NCBI RefSeq assembly: GCF_002945325.1
Contig: NZ_CP026606.1
Location: 1,320,001 to 1,352,000 of the forward strand
Direction of reading: 5' to 3'
DNA: 32,000 nucleotides
Source of the DNA: Methanococcus maripaludis
GTDB lineage: Archaea > AGJL01 > Methanococci > Methanococcales > Methanococcaceae
Numbering within the stretch: the stretch's first letter is position 1; each line of letters starts with the position of its first letter. Under the pieces are notes generated by a model, which was not told the DNA's origin, did no database searches, and saw only the letters and a list, made by a program, of their open reading frames with translations. The position numbers and the translations under genes are program-made. Positions 1 through 9,392 of the stretch are shown here, in pieces.

Positions 1-96
1 GCAGTTGCATTTGATGAAGACATTATATTTGAAGGAACTGCTCCTTCAGTAAATGATTTAAAAAAAGAACTTAAAGATTATTTAAACTCGAACTAA
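1..96 (+). CDS. 3' end (31 codons + TAA) of a gene that begins left of the window; product not identifiable
   Basis: Frame 1 is open from base 1 to TAA at 94-96 (AVAFDEDIIFEGTAPSVNDLKKELKDYLNSN*), followed by a T-rich spacer. It is absent from the ORF track because it has no start in the window. Confidence 0.4.
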   Translation, partial: AVAFDEDIIFEGTAPSVNDLKKELKDYLNSN

Positions 97-137
97 TTTT
101 AGAAACTATTAATTTATTATTTTAGCTTATTTTAAAC

Positions 138-992
138 CTATTTTATTAGCAGTGAAGCATATCCAACGACTTCTGAATAATCTTTTGTAACATCACCAGA
201 AGTTGAATAATAAAGTAAATATGAGGTCCTAGCACCCAAATCTTTCATTGCTTTGACCATTGCAATAACTGGCCCGTATCCGCACATGCTTATATTGTGT
301 GTTACAACATCAGTGAATATTTCTTCATCATTTAATTTTAAAATGTCTTTTATAACAACTGCATCTTTTTTTGAAGCCTGTTCTTGGGGTTCGTAGTGTG
401 AAAAGTCTGTAGAAGCAATTATTACAATTTTTCTGTTTAATTCCCTTGCAACTTTTGCAATAACATACCCTACATCAATACAAGAGTCATAATCCTGCAT
501 CATCATAGATATTGGGACAAATTTGAATTTTGCGATATTTAGGTCTTCAAGATGCTTTAAAAATGGTAGCTGTACTTCTATTGAGTGTTCTCTCAAATGT
601 GAATTTTCATCCATATCTAAAATATCGCATTCTTTCCATAATCTGTCAGCAAATTCGTTATCGATTTCCATATCTCCAAAAGGCGTTTTCCATGTCCCTT
701 TCATGGTGGCAATTCCAGAACCAAGTCCCGTATGGTTTGGACCAAGAATTATCGCGGTGATTTCTCCGCTGATGTTTTCAGATATTTTTTTGTACCCGTG
801 TGCGGCAACAGGTCCAGAGTAGATATATCCTGCATGTGGCGATACGATTCCAAGCGGTTTTGTGTATTTTCCCCGTTTTGAAGGCAGTTCTTTAGGGCCC
901 CTTGGGTTCAAATAGCAGTATTCGATCATTTCAAGTAATTCATGGTATTCAGCAGGATAAAACATCCCTGCAACAACAGGATTTCTGGTCAT
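138..992 (-). CDS. MEMO1 / AmmeMemoRadiSam system protein B family (UPF0103)
   Basis: 284-aa ORF with an ATG start. The N-terminus PVVAGMFYP, plus [17 protein letters not shown] and STDFSHY, are the hallmark His/Asp metal-site motifs of the Memo family. Confidence 0.8.
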   Translation of the reverse strand: MTRNPVVAGMFYPAEYHELLEMIEYCYLNPRGPKELPSKRGKYTKPLGIVSPHAGYIYSGPVAAHGYKKISENISGEITAIILGPNHTGLGSGIATMKGTWKTPFGDMEIDNEFADRLWKECDILDMDENSHLREHSIEVQLPFLKHLEDLNIAKFKFVPISMMMQDYDSCIDVGYVIAKVARELNRKIVIIASTDFSHYEPQEQASKKDAVVIKDILKLNDEEIFTDVVTHNISMCGYGPVIAMVKAMKDLGARTSYLLYYSTSGDVTKDYSEVVGYASLLIK

Positions 993-1038
993 AATCTCAT
1001 CCCCAAAGTTATCTACTCTAATTTATTTTTTTAAGGAT

Positions 1039-2046
1039 TTATATTATTTTCAAATTTCCATTTCCAAATAGCATGATAATACCCGCAAGAATTAAGAGAT
1101 TTGAGAACCAGAATATTATGGTAAATATTGATAATTTTCTTGCTTTTTCAATTTCCCACCATTTGTAAGGGGTTATGCCGTAAATATAAAACAATGATGC
1201 AGATGCAAAGTTAACTGAGATTATATTTACAATAAATAGTATCAGAATCGGGACTGATTCTAAGTAATATCCTGAACCAAGCATTAAACCAAATGCAACT
1301 AATGGTGGCATCAGGGCAACTGCAATCATAACTCCAACAACTGTTGACGAAATTTCAGGGATTAACATTGAAAGTGTACCAACAAACCCTGCTGAAAGTG
1401 CAATTACAATATTTTGCAAGCCTAAATTCATTCTGGATGCAACTTGGGGGCTTTCAGGACTTACGTGTATGAATGTTCCAATAAAGAATGAAAATACGAG
1501 TACTGTTAAAATTCCCAATATTAAATTTTTCAAAGATTTTTTTGCAAGGGATGTATCCATTACTGCAATTGAGAACGTGAATGAAATCATGGGACTTAAA
1601 AAAGGTGCAATTATCATGGAACCAATTATCAATGCAACATCATCTAACCATATTCCAATAGATGCAACAACCGCAGCTAAAAATAATAATGAGTAATATT
1701 CTTTTGAAAGGTTTGATATATCCCCTATTTTTCCAATTATTTCATGTCTTGAAACTCTTTTTGGGGTTTTATCTTCAACTTCTACTTTTTCTTCTTTTTT
1801 GATTTCCGGAATCGTTGCGGTGGGTTCAGTTACAAGTATTCTGAAATTCGATCCGCCGTATTTTGAGGAGAGTACATCGATTACTTTTTCAACGTGTTCT
1901 GTTTCGGTAAGTAACCTGATTACAGTATAATTTGATTCTTCGCAAATGCTGTGCCAGATAATGTTTTCAAGGTTATCTCCAAGCGATTCTTCGTATCCTG
2001 CAAATATCTTTTTTGGAACATAGCATTCGATAAGTCTCACGTTCAC
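1039..2046 (-). CDS. DUF389 / TIGR00341-like integral membrane protein
   Basis: 335-aa ORF with a soluble N-terminal ~110 aa followed by about 6 hydrophobic helices. GTG start is preceded by GAGGGA. Confidence 0.55.
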   Translation of the reverse strand: MNVRLIECYVPKKIFAGYEESLGDNLENIIWHSICEESNYTVIRLLTETEHVEKVIDVLSSKYGGSNFRILVTEPTATIPEIKKEEKVEVEDKTPKRVSRHEIIGKIGDISNLSKEYYSLLFLAAVVASIGIWLDDVALIIGSMIIAPFLSPMISFTFSIAVMDTSLAKKSLKNLILGILTVLVFSFFIGTFIHVSPESPQVASRMNLGLQNIVIALSAGFVGTLSMLIPEISSTVVGVMIAVALMPPLVAFGLMLGSGYYLESVPILILFIVNIISVNFASASLFYIYGITPYKWWEIEKARKLSIFTIIFWFSNLLILAGIIMLFGNGNLKII

Positions 2047-2125
2047 ATAAATCCCTCAAAACCAGATTACACAATAAAAATAACTTATGAAAAAACTATA
2101 TAATATAATTGTCGAAAATTTATTT

Positions 2126-2140
2126 AAAAATAGTAAAAAA
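2126..2140 (-). terminator. Oligo-T tracts downstream of fruB (candidate archaeal terminator)
   Basis: The minus strand reads TTTTTTACTATTTTT starting about 13 nt after the fruB stop codon. Archaeal RNAP terminates at oligo-T runs. Confidence 0.35.
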
Positions 2141-2152
2141 GTTTAAAAGAAG

Positions 2153-3001
2153 TTAGTATGGAACAGGTAAGCCGATTTCTTTCCTGTGTTCCACTTCTTT
2201 TCCATTTTTCTCTTTTTTCGTGAGAGCGAGTTTTTCTACTAATCCTAAACCTGGTTTTACAGCGTCAATTTCTTTTGTTTCAAGAGCGCCTGCTTCAACC
2301 ATTTTGTTTAAGTACTCTTCCCCTTTTGCAGTTCTAACAAAGATTGTACTCCATCCATCTGGGCTTCCAACGGAACCTGTTGAGATATCTGCAAGTTCTG
2401 CTGTATAGTCCATACATACGTGGCATGATCCTTGTTCGTATGGGTGGGTGTCTTTTAATGGGATTGTTTTTACGTCGCCCCATTTTGAGTATACCCAGAA
2501 TTTACCTTTTCCGATGTCGGTTTTTACAACATCATCCATTTTGATACCGCAGTGTTCTTCAACAATTGCTTTCATACCATTATATGGGAAGTTTTCCATA
2601 CAGAATATACCCATAATTAATGCAATTTTGTCTGGAACGTGTCTGTATCCAACAGGGTATTTTATAGCTTTTCTGATTGATCTAACCTGACAAGGAGTTC
2701 CAACAAATCCTAATTTGTCGCATCCGTATTCTCTTACAGCGCTTTTTACTACTGAAAGGTTAGGACATACTGTATATTTAGTTCCTGCAGCGTTTAAGAT
2801 TTCTTCTCTTGTTGTAGCAACTTTTGGAGCTGCTGCAAATCCATCTTCTTTGTCTGCAATAATTACACCATCGAGGAGTCCGTTTTCTAAACCGTAAATG
2901 TATGCGGCAGAAACGATACCTCCATCTTGTGCTTTCTTAAGGATTTCTTTGTCTGCAGCCCTTGCGGAAACTGCTTTTATATATTTTCCAAAGGGATCCA
3001 T
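2153..3001 (-). CDS. fruB: F420-reducing hydrogenase beta subunit (FrhB/FruB family; FAD and F420 site, [4Fe-4S])
   Basis: 282-aa ORF with strong family resemblance (GGIVSA..., [29 protein letters not shown]). It is the last gene of an alpha-delta-gamma-beta operon, with RBS AGGTGAT upstream. Confidence 0.9.
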   Translation of the reverse strand: MDPFGKYIKAVSARAADKEILKKAQDGGIVSAAYIYGLENGLLDGVIIADKEDGFAAAPKVATTREEILNAAGTKYTVCPNLSVVKSAVREYGCDKLGFVGTPCQVRSIRKAIKYPVGYRHVPDKIALIMGIFCMENFPYNGMKAIVEEHCGIKMDDVVKTDIGKGKFWVYSKWGDVKTIPLKDTHPYEQGSCHVCMDYTAELADISTGSVGSPDGWSTIFVRTAKGEEYLNKMVEAGALETKEIDAVKPGLGLVEKLALTKKEKNGKEVEHRKEIGLPVPY

Positions 3002-3034
3002 CTAATCACCTTTTTTTATTTTCCATAATTGCAA

Positions 3035-3721
3035 TTATTCTATTTTTTCAATTAATTCTGGGAATCTAATTCTTGGGCACTGAACTGAACATGCACCACA
3101 TTTTATACAGATTTCCTTGTCAACTAATGGTCTTCCTGCATCCATAGATACTGCTCTTGTAGGGCATGCTGCAGCACATGAACCGCAACCCATACAGAGT
3201 GATTTGTTGATTACTTTTACAATCAAATCGCATCCACAAGCTTCTGATCCATATTTTGCAAGTTCTGCGTATGGTTCTAAGTATTCCATATCTCCGTTTA
3301 ATGCCGCTAAAACAACTGCAACTATAGATTCTGGTGATGGCGGACATCCTGGGATTGCCAAGTCACATTTCACAACTTCAGTTAACGGTGCAAATGAATC
3401 GTGAACTGGTTTTGACATCTGATTTCCTTTTGAAAATCTTGTAATATTTCCGCTAGCAGCACAAGCTCCTAACGCAACTAATATTTTTCCTTTTTTTCTG
3501 GATTCAAGTGCAACTTCCATTGCGTGGTGGTCGCTTAAACAAACACTACCTTCGAGCAAGACTATGTCTACATCGTCAGGAATTTCTCTCACGTCAGCGA
3601 GAGTCTGGGAGTAAACTAAATCTATAGCTCCTAAAACATCTAAAAGCTGTTCATAGGTGTCTGCAAGGGAAACTAGACACCCACAGCAGCTACTTAATTG
3701 CACGTGGGCAACTTTTACCAT
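3035..3721 (-). CDS. fruG: F420-reducing hydrogenase gamma (small) subunit with C-terminal 2x[4Fe-4S] ferredoxin domain
   Basis: 228 aa. N-terminal SSCCGC cluster motif, GACAASGN, and two CxxCxxCxxxCP motifs ([24 protein letters not shown]). RBS GGGAGGAG. Confidence 0.9.
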   Translation of the reverse strand: MVKVAHVQLSSCCGCLVSLADTYEQLLDVLGAIDLVYSQTLADVREIPDDVDIVLLEGSVCLSDHHAMEVALESRKKGKILVALGACAASGNITRFSKGNQMSKPVHDSFAPLTEVVKCDLAIPGCPPSPESIVAVVLAALNGDMEYLEPYAELAKYGSEACGCDLIVKVINKSLCMGCGSCAAACPTRAVSMDAGRPLVDKEICIKCGACSVQCPRIRFPELIEKIE

Positions 3722-3735
3722 GGTATTCTCCTCCC

Positions 3736-4260
3736 TTAGTTGATTGGTTTTCCCCTTAATTCGGAAAGTACAATGTCTACGGCTACGTCTACTGCATTTT
3801 GGACTTCTTCTGACAGTTCAAGTACTACATCAGGTTCTGAAACGTACTTCTTCTGACAACCGACAACTTTAAAGTCTATTTCACGAGGGGAGTCCCTAAC
3901 TACTCTGTACATGGTAGTTGAGAGCGGCCAGTCATGACTGTCAACTTTTGTGTGGTCTGGTTTTGGAAGATCCTCCATAGTAAGTATCTTAATTTCTCCA
4001 GGTTCTAGTCCGTAATCGATGATATCCACGACTATTATTTTCTTAGTCTTGGATTCACTGTCGATTAAAGTGAGCACTTGTTGCGGAGCTCCTGCTCCTG
4101 CATCTACAAGTGCAATGTTTTCCTTTTCTTCTTCAGTTAGTATTTCCTGTAATTTTTCGATTACATGGACACTAAATCCATCGTCTGCAAATAGGATATT
4201 TCCGCATGCAAGAACCATATTTTCCTTTAAAAGGTATGAAGGGGTTAAACTGTATTCCAT
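3736..4260 (-). CDS. fruD: Hydrogenase maturation endopeptidase (FrhD/FruD, HycI-like)
   Basis: 174 aa with the [13 protein letters not shown] motif typical of [NiFe] large-subunit C-terminal proteases. It sits between the alpha and gamma genes. Confidence 0.85.
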   Translation of the reverse strand: MEYSLTPSYLLKENMVLACGNILFADDGFSVHVIEKLQEILTEEEKENIALVDAGAGAPQQVLTLIDSESKTKKIIVVDIIDYGLEPGEIKILTMEDLPKPDHTKVDSHDWPLSTTMYRVVRDSPREIDFKVVGCQKKYVSEPDVVLELSEEVQNAVDVAVDIVLSELRGKPIN

Positions 4261-4309
4261 ATCAATACCGTTGAAATGATTTTTTTATGATTACCGTAAG
4301 TTAATTTGT

Positions 4310-4345
4310 GTCTTTCAAGGTCCATTAAGGTTCCCTTTCCAAGAC
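4310..4345 (-). promoter_or_regulatory. Candidate archaeal SECIS element in the fruA 3' region (fruA-fruD spacer)
   Basis: The minus strand reads GTCTT-GGA-AAGG-GAA-CC-TTAAT-GG-A-CCTT-GA-AAGAC. This gives helices GTCTT/AAGAC and AAGG/CCTT, an asymmetric GAA/A internal loop and a short GC apical helix. It starts 17 nt after the TAA stop and about 90 nt after the UGA. It is also the only relatively GC-rich patch in the spacer. Confidence 0.45.
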
Positions 4346-4361
4346 TTTCCTTTTCAGGAAT

Positions 4362-5606
4362 TTAGAATTCTCTTATTTCAACAACTTTTTTAGTCTGTTC
4401 ATCTTTTACGATGACGTGCGTAGCACATGAAGCTCATATGTCGTAAGCTCTCATAATTACTTCCGCATATTTATGGTGGTAACCTTCAATAGCTTTTTCA
4501 ACAGCTGGGAAGTTCCATGTTGAAGCAGCAATGATGTTGTATTTTTCGATTCTACCGTCTTTGCCCATTTTAGCCATGTGGGTGTTGGTAGCTCTTGGTG
4601 CTTCGTGAACACCTATTCCGAATTCTTCTTTTGCATTATAGAAGTTAGGTACTTCTCTTACAGTTCCGTTAATGTTTAATTCATCGATAAGTTCCAATGA
4701 TCGTTTAACAGCTTCGAAGTTTTCCATAGCTCTCGCAAGGTTAAGGTCCATTGCTCCGCCAGCAGGTTTGAAGTTTCCGTATTTAATCATTCTTGCTCTA
4801 GGTCCACCTTCTGCAGGGTTTCCTCTGTAGAATGGGATCTGGTTTGTTGCGGTTTGTGCAATATCTGGGAAGTCTGCATAGTATCTTTGTGCAGGTACTT
4901 CTGTTACATCTTTCCAGTTGATAGCATCTCTGTTACCAAATGTTGAGTCTGTAGCAATGTATGGGAGATTGTGTTTACCTAAATCTGGAATTCCGATTTC
5001 ATCTAGGTATCTTTCCATTAACATTTCCAATACTTCTAACATTGCATTACAATCTTTTTCGTATTCTCTACAAGCATAGTAGAGTTTGGATTTTGCTCTT
5101 TCGGTGATGTTGGTTCTCATTCCACCAACCATCAAATTTGGAGGGTGAATTCCTTCTCCACCAGTAATGTCTACAACCATTTGTCCAGCTTTTCTCATTC
5201 TCTGGATCAATTTGATTCCTTCAACTCTTAAGGTTCCTGCTTCTTCAGGTTTTAAGAAGTCATCTACAATTAACAAATGGTGTAATGGGTGCGAATGCAT
5301 CCTATTTCCTAAACCTAATAATTCTCTTAATATCATACCGTCTTTTGGTATTTCCATATCAATAGCATTTTCGATTGCCTCACATGAAGCAATACCGTGG
5401 GTTGCCTGACATATACCACAAATTCTCATAACTGCAATAGGTCCAAATGCTGCTGTTTTTCCTTGCAGCATGGTTTCGAAACCTCTTACAGGGGTTGTAT
5501 TTGGATAAAATGCCTTAGTTACAATCCCTTCATCATCTACATTCAAAACTAGCTTAGCATGCCCTTCATGTCTAGTTGTAGGGCTGATAGTTACAGGTTC
5601 TGCCAC
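4362..5606 (-). CDS. fruA: F420-reducing [NiFe(Se)] hydrogenase alpha (large) subunit, selenocysteine-containing; UGA at 4434-4436 read as Sec
   Basis: The ORF-track entry 4434..5621 ends at TGA after ...MRAYDI. The same frame continues ASCATHVIVKDEQTKKVVEIREF to TAA at 4362-4364, giving D-I-U-A-S-C-A-T-H, the C-terminal Ni-ligand motif. The N-terminal RICGICQATH motif is present. The likely start is GTG at 5606 (MAEPVTISPTTRHEGH), 5 nt after GGAGGTGA. The track start TTG at 5621 lies inside the SD. Confidence 0.9.
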
Positions 5607-5659
5607 TTTATTCACCTCCAAGGGTAATATGCATACATTAAACTTTCTTTCTCGGGGAT

Positions 5660-5667
5660 AATATAAA
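5660..5667 (-). promoter_or_regulatory. Candidate TATA box of the fru operon
   Basis: The minus strand reads CCTTTATATTATCCCC, with TTTATATT about 55 nt upstream of the fruA start. This matches the methanogen box-A consensus TTTATATA. Confidence 0.3.
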
Positions 5668-5822
5668 GGAATACCTCTTTAAAAATGCAGATAAGGGATT
5701 ATATATTATTAAATACTTAAAAGCCCGTTTAAATTACTTATTTTTGTAACATACATTAGAAAAGTAAATATTATATCGGTTATCAAAATTTAAAATATTA
5801 AAAAAGAGAGTATGTGGGATAA

Positions 5823-7091
5823 TTAATCAAATAAAGGCAAAACACTGCCAATACTTGGAGCAAGTGCGGGAATTTTTAAGGTTTTCCAGATTGTCATTGC
5901 AAGGGATAGTGCCTGATATCTTTCCCCGTGCATTACAATTGCTTTATCTGGTTGCGGTATCTTTTTCATAAATCTAAGGAGTGAATTGTAATCAGCGTGG
6001 GCAGAAAACTCGATTTTCACTACTTTTCCATTTACCGGAATTGCTCTTTTAAAGGGTTTTACTTCTGTAGCTCCTTCTTCAAGGCTTCTTCCGATAGTTC
6101 CTTCAGCTTGGTATCCGGTTAATATAATTTTATTTCTTGGATTTTTCAATAATGAAAGGTATTGAAGTACTGGACCTCCCTGAACCATTCCAGATGTTGA
6201 AATAATGATACATGGTTCTCTACTGAAAACTTCATCCCCACCTTTTATTAGATTTCCAAATGGGTTGATCCTGTTTTCAATTGCATTTTTTATTTTTGGA
6301 TTTAACCAGTCAGAATATCCCATGTACATTCCGGTAGTGTGTGTCAATGATCCGTTAATGTAAATTGGAACTTCTTTTAAAGCACCGCTTTTCATGTAGT
6401 TATTGATTACGACAATGATTTCTTGGGATCTTCCAACTGCAAAAACTGGAATAATTACTTTTCCGCCGTTGTCGATAGTTTCAGAGATTTCATCAATAAG
6501 CTGTTTTTCTAAAACTTTTCTTGCAGGCTTTATATCTAATGGTGAACCGTAGGTAGATTCAATAATTATTGTATCGATTTCATCAAAGTCGGTGTCAGCT
6601 GCACGAAGAGTTCTTGTTTCAATTTCGTTGATATCTCCAGTATATAATAATTTTTTTCCATCGATATCTAAATAAAGAGAAGAACTTCCTAAAATATGTC
6701 CTGCATCGTACATTTTCATCTTAATGTCTGAAGTAACCTGTTTTTCTTCTCTATAGTTTACAGTTTTGATTACATCCATTGATTTTTTGATATCTTCTTC
6801 TTTGTATGTTTTTGAAAGGCTTACTGTATCTTTCCATACATTGTACATTAAATCAGCAGTTGGAGGATTACAGAATATTTTTTTGAAGTTAAAGTAAGGT
6901 ATTGCACCGCAGTGGTCCAAGTGTGCGTGTGAAACTACAACCGCATCAACGTCTGAGTCGTTAATATCTGGAAGACCGTTGTCTGAAGGATCCATTCCGC
7001 AGTCAATTAATATTTTTGATTTTTTAGTGTTTATCTCTACGCAAGATTTTCCGATTTGGTGGCATCCACCGTGAAACTTAGCAATTGTCAT
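5823..7091 (-). CDS. Metallo-beta-lactamase / beta-CASP ribonuclease (archaeal RNase J-like)
   Basis: 422 aa with the HxHxDH motif (VVVSHAHLDHCGA), beta-CASP-type C-terminal motifs (EFSAHAD, VMHGE), and a size typical of aRNase J. Confidence 0.8.
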   Translation of the reverse strand: MTIAKFHGGCHQIGKSCVEINTKKSKILIDCGMDPSDNGLPDINDSDVDAVVVSHAHLDHCGAIPYFNFKKIFCNPPTADLMYNVWKDTVSLSKTYKEEDIKKSMDVIKTVNYREEKQVTSDIKMKMYDAGHILGSSSLYLDIDGKKLLYTGDINEIETRTLRAADTDFDEIDTIIIESTYGSPLDIKPARKVLEKQLIDEISETIDNGGKVIIPVFAVGRSQEIIVVINNYMKSGALKEVPIYINGSLTHTTGMYMGYSDWLNPKIKNAIENRINPFGNLIKGGDEVFSREPCIIISTSGMVQGGPVLQYLSLLKNPRNKIILTGYQAEGTIGRSLEEGATEVKPFKRAIPVNGKVVKIEFSAHADYNSLLRFMKKIPQPDKAIVMHGERYQALSLAMTIWKTLKIPALAPSIGSVLPLFD

Positions 7092-7151
7092 TATATCACA
7101 TAAATTTAATATATTGCAGTTTTTTAAATTAAATAATAATTAAACATTAAA

Positions 7152-8270
7152 TTAGCAAACTAAAAACTTTGAATCAACGTCTCCATTTTCCAATCTGGTT
7201 ACAACTGATGCAGCAATGTTTTTAGAAGTTTTTAAAATATTTCCATTTTTTATAAATGTAAATGTCGGAATATATCCTTCTTTTATTAATCCAGTATTTT
7301 GAAGTCCAAGTATTTCAGCACCGTTTACTGTCGCCATTTTAAGAATTTCTTTTGGATCCACGTGGTAAATTTTGTAGATAAAGTCCATTTCTTTAAATAT
7401 TGACGGAGAATTTGCCATAAAGTTATCTGTTCCAATTCCAAGTTTTAAATTATATTCTAACATTTTGGGAATATCCGGAAGTCCAACGTTAAACGAGGCA
7501 TTTGCTCTTGGGCATACTACAACTGGTATTTTATTTTCATTTAACAGGGATAGATCGTCAGAACTTGAATGTGTCGCATGGATAAGAAAATCTGGTTTTA
7601 TGTTTAGATTTATCAATCTTTCAATTTCAGAAATTCCATATTTTTCTTTTGAATACTGGACTGAGCCCTTATGTTCATTTGCATGAATTGAAAGTATTTT
7701 TTTGTTTACTAATTTACAAATAAACTTAAGTTCTTGGTCCGAATACTCATTTGAACCGCTTAATCCTAAACCATCACAATTATCCAAGATAATGGATATT
7801 TCATCTTTTAATAGGTTTTCTTCTCTTTGAGTGGGTCTTCCAAGAATTATGGGTTTAATAGATACATTTGAATCTTCAAATGCTGATTTAAGTGAATTTA
7901 TTCCATTAAGTCCATTTTCACGGAAGTCACAAAAAGCTTTAATGCCATTATTTTCGAGATCATAAAGCCCTTCTGACATCCCCTGCACCAATTCTTTCTC
8001 GCTACAAGTATTTAAGAACTTGTGTTTAAGGCCGTTTGGTGGTTTGACAAGTTCGTCAAGTGACTTGCCAATACCAATATCTTTAATACTATTGTCTCCA
8101 ATATGAGTATGGGAATTAATAAGGGGAGGAATGACCAACCCCTTGTAATTTAAAACATTTGAATGGTGTTCACTCGTAAATCCTTTTATGATTTCATCTT
8201 CAATAACCAAAGTTCCTTTTTTTGGTTCGAAGTCGTCGCCATATAAAAAATTAGAATTTAAATAAACCAT
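7152..8270 (-). CDS. Metal-dependent amidohydrolase superfamily protein (chlorohydrolase/deaminase-like)
   Basis: The ORF-track 375 aa shortens to about 372 aa from ATG 8270 (MVYLNS...), which follows AAGGTG. INSHTHIGD (the HxH metal motif), a later SIHANEH, and GTDN near the C-terminus fit the amidohydrolase fold. Substrate cannot be assigned. Confidence 0.65.
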   Translation of the reverse strand: MVYLNSNFLYGDDFEPKKGTLVIEDEIIKGFTSEHHSNVLNYKGLVIPPLINSHTHIGDNSIKDIGIGKSLDELVKPPNGLKHKFLNTCSEKELVQGMSEGLYDLENNGIKAFCDFRENGLNGINSLKSAFEDSNVSIKPIILGRPTQREENLLKDEISIILDNCDGLGLSGSNEYSDQELKFICKLVNKKILSIHANEHKGSVQYSKEKYGISEIERLINLNIKPDFLIHATHSSSDDLSLLNENKIPVVVCPRANASFNVGLPDIPKMLEYNLKLGIGTDNFMANSPSIFKEMDFIYKIYHVDPKEILKMATVNGAEILGLQNTGLIKEGYIPTFTFIKNGNILKTSKNIAASVVTRLENGDVDSKFLVC

Positions 8271-8343
8271 AATTCGCACCTTTATTCTAACTACCTTAAT
8301 TTATTGAAGTTTAAACATTAAATATTATCTGTTGGTGAAAATC

Positions 8344-8976
8344 ATGCTCGCGCTGAAGAAAAAATCCGTTAAATCTGCATTCGAAGCACTTATACCAAAA
8401 ATCATGGAAGAAGGAACTGAAATGATTACCGAAGATGGGCAGAAATGCAAAGAGATAATGAATACAATTATTGAAATTAACGATCCATCTGACAAATCAA
8501 TCTCTGAAAAATATCCCCTTGGTGAAAGGGCTGTTAAATCTTACACAGAACAGTTATTACACGGATCAGGAGCAACGTTTGTCTACGACTATCACGAGAG
8601 AATTTTTGAATATCCTAATGAGAAAAAAGAATTAAAAAACGATCAAATTGAATATATCGTAAATAAATTAAAAGAACAGATTAATTCAAGACGGGCTGTT
8701 GCAATTACCTGGAATCCATATATTGACCAGACTGTAAAAGATGTTCCGTGTTTGCAGATTGTACAGTTTTTAGTAAGGGATAATAAATTATACCAAACAG
8801 TACTTTTCAGATCAAACGATGCATTTTTGGCATTTCACGCAAATGCAATAGGATTGATTGCTCTTGGTGAAATGGTTGCCGAAAAATTAGGAATTGAACT
8901 TGTAAAATACACGCATCACTCAGTATCCATGCACGTTTATTTTGAACGGGATAGTGATGCTTTAAAAAAGTTTTAA
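8344..8976 (+). CDS. thyA: Short archaeal thymidylate synthase-like protein (ThyA family, MJ0757-type)
   Basis: About 210 aa from ATG 8344, with GGTGA 5 nt upstream. Contains RRAVAITWNP, DVPCLQIVQF (candidate catalytic Cys) and FRSNDAF, as in ThyA. Confidence 0.6.
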   Translation: MLALKKKSVKSAFEALIPKIMEEGTEMITEDGQKCKEIMNTIIEINDPSDKSISEKYPLGERAVKSYTEQLLHGSGATFVYDYHERIFEYPNEKKELKNDQIEYIVNKLKEQINSRRAVAITWNPYIDQTVKDVPCLQIVQFLVRDNKLYQTVLFRSNDAFLAFHANAIGLIALGEMVAEKLGIELVKYTHHSVSMHVYFERDSDALKKF

Positions 8977-8996
8977 AATGAATTAAAAAAATATTT

Positions 8997-9173
8997 TTAT
9001 TTATTTCCGCTTAACTGTTTTAACTTTTTACTGAGTTCTAAAAAGTCCATGCAGTCTTCAATGCATCTGTAGGACCCTCTGGATTTAAAACAATCAATTA
9101 TTTCTTGAAGTTCCGTGCTTGGTTTTCCTCGTATCCCGCGCCATACATTTTTTATTGAATTTCCAACGCCCAT
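8997..9173 (-). CDS. Small hypothetical protein (58 aa from the internal ATG; 63 aa from the track start)
   Basis: An ORF only, basic with 3 Cys and no family I recognise. Coding status is uncertain. Confidence 0.3.
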   Translation of the reverse strand: MGVGNSIKNVWRGIRGKPSTELQEIIDCFKSRGSYRCIEDCMDFLELSKKLKQLSGNK

Positions 9174-9392
9174 AGTATCTACCTTCAATAAACTTTGTTA
9201 TTTGTGCCTACAAAGCCTCTTTTTAAAATTAAAAACATTGTAATACAACAAAAATAAGTATTTTTTAATTATTATATTATTGTTACTATTCTAGAAAAAT
9301 CGAAATACTTTTATTGTACAATATATGGAAATGCCCTAAACTAAAAGATATTATTATATAACGCCGAAAAAAAGTATTAAAGTTTTAAATAA

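Noticed and set aside
4434-4436. Treating this TGA as a true stop, which would make fruA a 395-aa protein or a pseudogene
   Set aside because: The downstream in-frame codons encode the remaining Ni ligands (SCATH), and a SECIS-like hairpin follows, so Sec recoding is the better reading.
9189-9392. 204-nt AT-rich spacer with a 6-bp inverted repeat (CTTTGT...ACAAAG) as a possible ncRNA or regulatory site
   Set aside because: The pairing is too weak and there is no GC-rich structured segment. It is probably just terminator and promoter space for the flanking minus-strand genes.
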